Below, piece by piece: positions 57,217-64,000 of a DNA stretch of 64,000 bases. Both the position numbers and the translations under genes were made by a program. The notes below the pieces were generated by a model. That model saw nothing but the letters and a program-made list of their open reading frames with translations, searched no databases and had not been told where the DNA came from. The DNA lies in NCBI GenBank assembly GCA_028066355.1, contig JALCBP010000002.1:42253-106252 (forward strand). The letters are read 5' to 3'. Numbering within the stretch: position 1 is the first letter of the stretch; the number at the start of each line of letters is the position of its first letter. The DNA comes from Pirellulales bacterium (GTDB lineage: Bacteria; Planctomycetota; Planctomycetia; Pirellulales; UBA1268).

Positions 57217-58758
57217 ATGAATCATTTCCCGAACTTCAAATATTTCTCCGAGTTAGCACAAAAAGAAACCCTTATTCCGGTCTGCCGTCGTATTTTCGCA
57301 GACGCCCTTACGCCTCTCTCAGCTTTTGCTCGAATTGATACTGGCTCAGATGGTTGCCTCTTTGAAAGCGTAATTGGAGGAGAAAAGGTTGGGAGATACA
57401 GTTTTCTCGGGTCTGATCCATTTCTTCAGTTCGAGGCCCATGGGCCAGACGTAACAATTCGACGCAAAGGATTACCTGATGAGAAACTTCACGTCGAAGA
57501 TCCACTAGCTGAACTTGAGAGCCAGATGGAATGTTTTAGACCGGCTCGGCTCGACGAACTTCCACCTTTTACAAGCGGTGCTATTGGCTATGCGGCATAT
57601 GATGCCATTCGATACGTAGAGAGTCTTCCGCACACACCCTCCGATGACCTTGGCTTACCTGATATTTATTTTGCACTGTACGATCAACTCGTTGTCTTTG
57701 ACCATGTTTCAAAATCTATAGATGTCGTTGCCTTGGCAAAAACTGTAGAGAAATCCCCAAAGGCCATAGAATCCGCGTATAAATCTGCGAAGAAGTGCGT
57801 GGACGACATTATTGAAAAGCTAAAGCAAGATTGTGGCTGGCCTCCTCTTCGCGACATACGTCCGCTCACCAGCCCAACCCAACCAATCCATAAAGCAAGT
57901 ACAGCGAACCGGAGTAGAGATGACTATCTAGAGGCTGTTGAGAAGGCGGTCGACTACATTCATGCCGGCGACATCTTTCAGGTGGTGCTAAGTCGTCGGC
58001 TCTCAACACCATTTGATGCTTCTCCACTCGAGCTCTACCGCACACTTCGCGTGGTCAACCCCAGTCCATTCATGTTTTGCCTTCGCACACCATCCGCAAC
58101 GCTTGTTGGAAGTTCACCCGAGATAATGGTTCGTGTTATGGACAGGAAAGTCACCGTCAGGCCCCTGGCAGGCACGCGGCCGCGTGGAGAAACCCCTGAA
58201 GAAGATGCCGACCTTGCTGCTGGGCTACTCGCCGATCCAAAAGAACGCGCTGAGCATGTCATGCTCATCGACCTCGGTCGAAATGACATCGGACGAGTCT
58301 CTGAGATTGGCTCAGTTGAACTCAGCGACATCATGACCATAGAGCGGTATAGCCATGTTATGCATATAACAAGCAACGTGAATGGCAAACTCCTGCCCGA
58401 AGCTACTGCGTTCGATGCACTTCGCGCGTGCTTACCTGCTGGCACTGTATCTGGAGCACCAAAGATTCGTGCAATGGAAATTATTGATGAACTCGAGCCC
58501 AACAAGCGGGGGCCCTACGCTGGAGCTGTTGGCTATATCGACTTTTGTGGATCAATGGACACCTGTATTGCCTTGCGCACGATTGTTATCACGAAAGGCA
58601 ATGCGTACGTGCAGTCGGGAGCTGGGATTGTTGCAGACAGTCAACCTGAAAAGGAATTCGAAGAGACCCTTAACAAAGCGAAAGGGCTTCTGGTAGCAAT
58701 TGAAATGACCAAGCAAAGGCTCAACGACAACGGCATTCAAAATGCAGGGAAACCATGA
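57217..58758 (+). CDS. trpE: Anthranilate synthase component I
   Basis: 513 aa. CLFESV (LLES-type feedback motif), GTVSGAPKIRAMEII, and RGPYAGAVGY. Confidence 0.94.
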   Translation: MNHFPNFKYFSELAQKETLIPVCRRIFADALTPLSAFARIDTGSDGCLFESVIGGEKVGRYSFLGSDPFLQFEAHGPDVTIRRKGLPDEKLHVEDPLAELESQMECFRPARLDELPPFTSGAIGYAAYDAIRYVESLPHTPSDDLGLPDIYFALYDQLVVFDHVSKSIDVVALAKTVEKSPKAIESAYKSAKKCVDDIIEKLKQDCGWPPLRDIRPLTSPTQPIHKASTANRSRDDYLEAVEKAVDYIHAGDIFQVVLSRRLSTPFDASPLELYRTLRVVNPSPFMFCLRTPSATLVGSSPEIMVRVMDRKVTVRPLAGTRPRGETPEEDADLAAGLLADPKERAEHVMLIDLGRNDIGRVSEIGSVELSDIMTIERYSHVMHITSNVNGKLLPEATAFDALRACLPAGTVSGAPKIRAMEIIDELEPNKRGPYAGAVGYIDFCGSMDTCIALRTIVITKGNAYVQSGAGIVADSQPEKEFEETLNKAKGLLVAIEMTKQRLNDNGIQNAGKP

Positions 58759-59660
58759 TTGTGCTCGAACAAGTTACTGTCCAGCGACAGGGCGTCATCG
58801 CATTAAATCACTTCACACACACAATTCATCCTGGGCAATCTGTTGCTGTCATCGGCCCAACTGGATCAGGTAAAACCACGCTCCTTGAAGCTATTGCCAC
58901 TTTGCTCCCCATTCAGTCTGGCAACATATCATTCGCAGACTTCGCGTCAACGACAGATTCGCCTCGTGCTGAACAACTCATTGGCTTCGTACCCCACTGC
59001 ATCACAACATGGCCAATGATCCGAGCAGATGAATGTCTCAAGTTATTTGCAATCGAGTCAGGAATCCCAGCAAAAGAAATAAATGCCGCCGTCAACCGCG
59101 TGTTGGAAGAGGTTTCTCTGGCTAATTTACGGGGGCATCGAATTGATACGTTCTCCTCTGGCCAAAGCAAGCGATTACTCATTGCTAGAGCGTTACTGGG
59201 TGAACCCCACATCTTACTGCTAGACAACCCATATGCTGGTCTCGATCCTGATGGCTATCAGGTCATCGACCGACTGATTGCAAATGCACAACTCACAGGT
59301 CGCATCATTCTTGCTGCTTTCAATGACGCGAACGTCCCAGAAACTTTCACTGACCTGCTTGTTCTAAATGACGGACAGAAAGTAATCGCCGGCCGTTTTC
59401 AGCCAGAATTTTTCACTGAAGTAAACCAGTGGAAAGTTCGCCTTAAATGTCCATCGTCTGCTTCACAAGCGGCCAAGGCTATCTCCCACCTCACACTTTC
59501 GAGTACCATCGTGGACGAGGATTTTTTAATTTGCGATGTATCAACTGACCGTGGACCAATTGACGAGGCCATCGCGATACTGATAAAGGCAGACTGCCCA
59601 CTTGAATCCTGTACTTATGATCCGCCATGGCCTGCTCAGGTCTTGAATTCACTTACGTAA
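58755..59660 (+). CDS. ABC-type ATPase-like protein with degenerate catalytic motifs and a C-terminal extension
   Basis: 301 aa. The ATG overlaps the trpE TGA (ATGA, 58755-58758). Walker A GPTGSGKTT and signature FSSGQ are retained. Q-loop is VPH (Q to H), Walker B is LLLDNP (E to N), and the H-loop region is ILAAFND (no His). No permease gene is adjacent. Confidence 0.8.
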   Translation: MIVLEQVTVQRQGVIALNHFTHTIHPGQSVAVIGPTGSGKTTLLEAIATLLPIQSGNISFADFASTTDSPRAEQLIGFVPHCITTWPMIRADECLKLFAIESGIPAKEINAAVNRVLEEVSLANLRGHRIDTFSSGQSKRLLIARALLGEPHILLLDNPYAGLDPDGYQVIDRLIANAQLTGRIILAAFNDANVPETFTDLLVLNDGQKVIAGRFQPEFFTEVNQWKVRLKCPSSASQAAKAISHLTLSSTIVDEDFLICDVSTDRGPIDEAIAILIKADCPLESCTYDPPWPAQVLNSLT

Positions 59661-59677
59661 GATGAACCCACATGGGC

Positions 59678-60511
59678 TCAACTGACGCGACAGGCCTCGA
59701 CAAGTTTTCGAACAAAATCACCTGCATTTTCAGACACAGAACTTTTGCCTTGAGCCTGTTCAACACAACGGACAACTGCTGAGCCGACGATTACACCATC
59801 AGCTACTGTAGCAACCTCTCGTGCCTGATCAGCAGTTGATATCCCAAACCCTACCAGTATTGGCACATCCGACTCTTCACGTAACCACTGAATACGTTCA
59901 ACAAGGTTTTCTGGCAAGGCAGTCCGCTCTCCCGTCACTCCCGCAACCGATACACAGTAAAGAAATCCTGTAGAGCGTTTTGCGATTTCTCGAGCACGCT
60001 CTGGTGGAGTTGTGGGTGTCACGAGTCGTACAAGAGCAAGGCCAGCCAGCCGACACTGCGTGTCTAGTTCATCAGACTCTTCTAATGGCAAGTCAGGAAC
60101 TACGAAACCTGCCAAACCACTTTCCTGCCCACGCTTTACAAATGCCTCGATTCCACTCCGGAATATAAGTGAATAGCTGGCCATCGCCAGCAAGGGCATC
60201 GCGTATGATTTGGAAAATTCAGCCACGATGTCGAACATGTTTGTGAGGGTCATACCCGCGTCCAGCGCGCGGGTGTACGAGGCCTGTATCACCGGCCCGT
60301 CAGCAATCGGATCACTGTAAGGAACACCAAGCTCACAACACGTTGCTCCAGCTGCACAAATCGAACGTAAAATAGCCGCAGTCGATTGTCCATCCGGGTC
60401 GCCAGCTGTAACAAAGGGTGCGACAGCGCGACGCGAATCGGCCTTGCACTGGGCAAACGCATCGCCCAGCATTTCAATTCCTGTTTTTCTGTTGCTATCT
60501 CTGGCGGTCAT
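59678..60511 (-). CDS. trpA: Tryptophan synthase alpha chain
   Basis: 277 aa. FVTAGDPD, ELGVPYSDPIADGPVIQ, and GFGIS motifs. Confidence 0.93.
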   Translation of the reverse strand: MTARDSNRKTGIEMLGDAFAQCKADSRRAVAPFVTAGDPDGQSTAAILRSICAAGATCCELGVPYSDPIADGPVIQASYTRALDAGMTLTNMFDIVAEFSKSYAMPLLAMASYSLIFRSGIEAFVKRGQESGLAGFVVPDLPLEESDELDTQCRLAGLALVRLVTPTTPPERAREIAKRSTGFLYCVSVAGVTGERTALPENLVERIQWLREESDVPILVGFGISTADQAREVATVADGVIVGSAVVRCVEQAQGKSSVSENAGDFVRKLVEACRVS

Positions 60512-60580
60512 TTACTGTCTAACTCTTTTTTTAATAAAAATGCTTTAAGAAAAGACACCGGTAGTAAAACGTTTGATTCA

Positions 60581-61807
60581 TCACTCGTGCCCACGCAACC
60601 TTGCTATCTCAGCAGCATCTTTATCCCCACGACCTGACATACACACGACTAGGATTTCATCAGGACGCATTTTTGAAGCAGCTTCAACGGCCCATGCGAG
60701 GGCATGCGACGTTTCAAGTGCTGGAAGAACCCCCTCGTGTTGGGCCACCATATCAAAGGCATCAAGGGCAGCAGAATCAGTTACGCTGGTGTAGTCAACG
60801 CGACCAGAATCTCGCCAGAAACTGTGTTCCGGGCCAACGCCTGGATAATCGAGGCCTGCCGACACTGAGTGTACATCAGATGTCTGACCATCTGTGTCCT
60901 GCAGTACATAACTAAGACTGCCATGAAGAATGCCTGGCGTCCCGTAGGTGAGGGGAGCGGCATGTTCACCGTCGCCGCTCGATCGGCCTCCTGCCTCAAC
61001 GCCAACAAGACGCACTTCTGGGCAATCAACAAAGGGATAGAACATGCCGGCTGCGTTACTGCCACCACCAACGCACGCCACAACAGTATCAGGGAGCCTG
61101 CCGAAGATACTTTTACAGCAATCTATTGTCTCACGTCCAATTACTGACTGAAAATCACGAACAATACGCGGGAATGGATGAGGCCCTACCACCGACCCAA
61201 TTATGTAGTGCGTTGTTTCGACTGATGCCATCCAGTCTCGCATTGCTTCATTAATTGCATCCCGCAACGTACGAGAACCACTTTCTACCGGCCGAACTTC
61301 CGCACCCATTAACTTCATCGTTCGAACGTTAGGGGACTGGCGACGCACATCCTCTGATCCCATATAGACAACGCATTCGAGCCCAAACCGCGCGCAAGCT
61401 GTTGCCGTTGCTACACCATGCTGGCCAGCCCCGGTCTCAGCAATAATTCGGCGTTTGCCCATCCGCATGGCTAAAAGTGCTTGGCCCAGCGTATTATTAA
61501 TCTTATGTGCCCCTGTGTGACTCAGGTCTTCCCGCTTAAAGTAGATCTGCGCACCACCCGCTTTCTCAGTAAGCCTGCGGGCAAAAAGCAAGGGTGTAGG
61601 ACGCCCAACAAAGGCGGCAAATAATCCGTTGAGTTCACTGATAAAATCTGGATCGGCGATAGCCTCGTCATAAGCTTTCTCCAACTGATTCAATGCCGCT
61701 GAAAGTGTCTCAGGCACATACCGTCCACCAAATTGACCAAAGCGACCAAGGCTATCGGGCACAGATGAGAGTTTCTTTTCGACAGTCTCAGCAGGAACAC
61801 TATGCAT
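60581..61807 (-). CDS. trpB: Tryptophan synthase beta chain
   Basis: 408 aa. [24 protein letters not shown] (PLP lysine), GGGSNA and [13 protein letters not shown]. Confidence 0.96.
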   Translation of the reverse strand: MHSVPAETVEKKLSSVPDSLGRFGQFGGRYVPETLSAALNQLEKAYDEAIADPDFISELNGLFAAFVGRPTPLLFARRLTEKAGGAQIYFKREDLSHTGAHKINNTLGQALLAMRMGKRRIIAETGAGQHGVATATACARFGLECVVYMGSEDVRRQSPNVRTMKLMGAEVRPVESGSRTLRDAINEAMRDWMASVETTHYIIGSVVGPHPFPRIVRDFQSVIGRETIDCCKSIFGRLPDTVVACVGGGSNAAGMFYPFVDCPEVRLVGVEAGGRSSGDGEHAAPLTYGTPGILHGSLSYVLQDTDGQTSDVHSVSAGLDYPGVGPEHSFWRDSGRVDYTSVTDSAALDAFDMVAQHEGVLPALETSHALAWAVEAASKMRPDEILVVCMSGRGDKDAAEIARLRGHE

Positions 61808-61960
61808 TCAAAACTCCAAACATTTAAACACGCCTTTTGAGTAACACCCTATGATTTAGCTTCATATAAGATGACGAAAATCGACTGACACTTGATTGTA
61901 GCCTCCTTTTATAATTTTTGACCTAGCGAATCTTATCTTTTCCTCGTATTCCGTTGATCG

Positions 61961-62806
61961 ATGCCAGAACTCCCGGAAGTAGAAACGATGTGCCGCGGAA
62001 TAGCTTGTTTCCGTGGAGAAGTCATTGCAACTACTCAGTTTCCACGACTCACCCAAAAGCCATCGCCAATCAACCCGCCGCCGAAAAATATGGCAGCCAA
62101 ACTTCATCACGCACGTATCCTGGATATCACACGTCTTGGCAAACGGGCTGTTCTCCGGATACGAAAAAACGAAGACGACATGGATTCATTCTTGGTTTTT
62201 GAACCGCGGATGACTGGACTACTTCTCAGAGTATCACCTCCAACGCACCAGCATGTACGACTGATAGTTAAAACAAAACAGAAGCATCCACTCATTTTTT
62301 GGGATCGACGTGGATTGGGGACAATCACTTTGTTTGATAAACCAAGGTTTGAATCTCGATTCGGCAGCCACGCGATAGGTCCTGATGCCCTTATCATCAG
62401 TGGAACTACCTTATATAAGAGAATCCAACCTTCAAGGCGTTACATAAAAGTTGCACTCCTCGACCAGAAGATACTTTCCGGTGTGGGCAATATCTACGCT
62501 TCAGAAATTCTGCATGAGGCCAAAATTGATCCCCGTACAAGATGCCACAGGTTGACCCAGTCTGCCTGCGATCGCATTGCAGCAGCATGCTCTCGAATAC
62601 TCCACCAAGCGATCAAATTTGAGGGTTCATCTATCGGTGATGAAACATACAGAACAGCTGACAATCGGCCCGGTAGATACCAGCGATTTCACAAGGTGTA
62701 CGGGCGCTCGGAAAATGAGTGTTTTCGGTGTAGCACTACAATCAAGCGCATTATTCAATTGCAGCGATCAACTTTTTTTTGTCCCCAATGCCAACGCCGG
62801 CTCTGA
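61961..62806 (+). CDS. mutM: Formamidopyrimidine-DNA glycosylase (Fpg/MutM)
   Basis: 281 aa. MPELPEVE N-terminus (catalytic Pro2/Glu3), H2TH region (GVGNIYASEILH), and C-terminal zinc finger CFRC...CPQC. Confidence 0.92.
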   Translation: MPELPEVETMCRGIACFRGEVIATTQFPRLTQKPSPINPPPKNMAAKLHHARILDITRLGKRAVLRIRKNEDDMDSFLVFEPRMTGLLLRVSPPTHQHVRLIVKTKQKHPLIFWDRRGLGTITLFDKPRFESRFGSHAIGPDALIISGTTLYKRIQPSRRYIKVALLDQKILSGVGNIYASEILHEAKIDPRTRCHRLTQSACDRIAAACSRILHQAIKFEGSSIGDETYRTADNRPGRYQRFHKVYGRSENECFRCSTTIKRIIQLQRSTFFCPQCQRRL

Positions 62807-62965
62807 TTTATCATTCCTGTTATCATTGAATAGCTGGTATCCTTGATTCCCGGCTTGACGATCTCCCTGCAAATAATTTAAGTGAGAAGATACACGCAGC
62901 CCACTTGGCTTACCACCTCGTGCATGATGAAAAATGTGAACGGAAATACTAAAGGAGTTTCTACT

Positions 62966-63991
62966 ATGCCCTCTACACCAAAAAACCGAGTGAGCTCACG
63001 GAGAAAATTTCTCACACATACTTCTGCAGCACTCAGCGTTTCTTCACTACTCCGTAACGCTGATTGGTGTAAAGCGTATGCTGCTGAGGCAACACAGTCT
63101 TCAACAGCTGAAACTCTCGCTGGAGAGCTTCATGCCTCACTGACACCATCTCAGCGAACACAGGTCTGCTTCCCATGGGATTACAAGCATCCTAAATATG
63201 GACTGCTTCGCACGAGAGTCGCAAACAATTGGCAGTCAAGCAAACCGGAAATTGCGAGTGATTTTTTCACACCGTCTCAACAAGGAATGATTCGTAAAAT
63301 TTTTGAAGGCCTTATTACTCCGAAATGGCAACCTCTTTTTGATAAACAATTAGAAGATGACTGTGGCGGATTTGGTTATTCACAAAGCGTATCGCTTCTT
63401 GGTGAGCCAGGGAGTGGAAAATTTCAATTTCTATTGACTGGGCGGCACATGACGTTGCGGTGTGATGGCGACTCTGCTGATCATGTTGCGTTTGGTGGAC
63501 CTATCTTCTATGGACATGACACTGGTAGCTTTACTGAAGAGCCTACTCACCCTGGCAACGTCTTTTGGCCTCAGGCAATTGCAGCAAACAAGGTGTATGC
63601 AATGCTCGACAAGCACCAGCAAGCCGAGTCACTCGTTCAGCGTTCACCGAAAGAAAACGCTATAAGCTTCCACGGTAAGACCGAGCGACCAGGCCTTTCA
63701 GTCAAAGAACTTAATGACGGTCAGAGGGAAGAACTGAATAATGTTCTCAAACTCCTTCTTGAGCCATTTCGACCTAGTGACCAAGCAGAGGTCGACAGGT
63801 GCCTCGCCTCACAGGGTGGGATTGACGCATGCCGCTTAACGTTTTACCAGCAGAAAGACCTTGGTAATGATGGAGTCTGGGACAACTGGCGTCTTGAGGG
63901 CCCGTCTTTTGTCTGGCATTTCAGAGGATCACCACACGTTCACGTTTGGGTAAATATCGCTGATAGCCCTCAGGTTCCTACAAATGCATGA
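62966..63991 (+). CDS. TAT-signal protein, DUF3500-like
   Basis: The ATG at 62966 has AAGGAG 8 nt upstream (the ORF is open from 62882). SRRKFLTHTSAALSV twin-arginine signal. The C-terminal WRLEGPSFVWHFRGSPHVHVW pattern resembles DUF3500 as I remember it. Confidence 0.6.
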   Translation: MPSTPKNRVSSRRKFLTHTSAALSVSSLLRNADWCKAYAAEATQSSTAETLAGELHASLTPSQRTQVCFPWDYKHPKYGLLRTRVANNWQSSKPEIASDFFTPSQQGMIRKIFEGLITPKWQPLFDKQLEDDCGGFGYSQSVSLLGEPGSGKFQFLLTGRHMTLRCDGDSADHVAFGGPIFYGHDTGSFTEEPTHPGNVFWPQAIAANKVYAMLDKHQQAESLVQRSPKENAISFHGKTERPGLSVKELNDGQREELNNVLKLLLEPFRPSDQAEVDRCLASQGGIDACRLTFYQQKDLGNDGVWDNWRLEGPSFVWHFRGSPHVHVWVNIADSPQVPTNA

Positions 63992-64000
63992 TTGCTGTAT

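Noticed and set aside
1-64000. A scan for CRISPR arrays, IS elements or transposases, toxin-antitoxin pairs, restriction-modification genes and known defence genes.
   Set aside because: I saw no spaced direct-repeat arrays, terminal inverted repeats flanking a transposase-like ORF, or recognisable defence or mobile protein motifs in any of the listed ORFs.

Overview
This window is a chromosomal core region. Its gene content suggests a Planctomycetota-type genome, but that is inference only: a TAT-signal Gfo/Idh/MocA oxidoreductase, a prenyltransferase-repeat lipoprotein, Pro/Thr-rich lipoproteins, DUF3500, a sigma-54 enhancer-binding protein (EBP), and a plant-type aroD-aroE fusion. GC content is intermediate. 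I call about 55 protein-coding genes, one tRNA-Asp and four clear intrinsic terminators. I saw no rRNA, CRISPR array, transposase, integrase or phage genes. Bases 8-23748 form one co-oriented minus-strand block: hisA, hisH, OmpA-like, prepilin peptidase, aroK, aroDE, mutL, sigma-54 response regulator, histidine kinase, pnp, rpsO, desaturase, an orphan gene, aroC, purC, dnaE2, imuB and imuA. The remainder mixes housekeeping genes (gltX, recA, alaS, rluB, rpsT, coaD, trpE, trpBA, mutM, sod, tpx, manA, cobA-hemD) with envelope or unknown-function genes. No obvious defence island or mobile element is present. The items most worth follow-up are: (1) an ABC-type ATPase with substituted Q-loop, Walker B and H-loop catalytic residues, translationally coupled to trpE where trpG usually sits; (2) a secreted protein with a caspase/legumain-like (clan CD) His-Cys dyad, divergent from the imuA-imuB-dnaE2 mutasome cassette, with a perfect TGTAC-N4-GTACA palindrome (candidate LexA box) between them; (3) a co-directional trio of a split DoxX-like membrane protein, a TAT-exported oxidoreductase and a lipoprotein with a poly-Pro linker and alpha/alpha-toroid domain; (4) an mcsA-mcsB protein-arginine-kinase pair with no ctsR or clpC nearby. 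All functional calls come from reading motifs in the supplied translations. No database search was possible.
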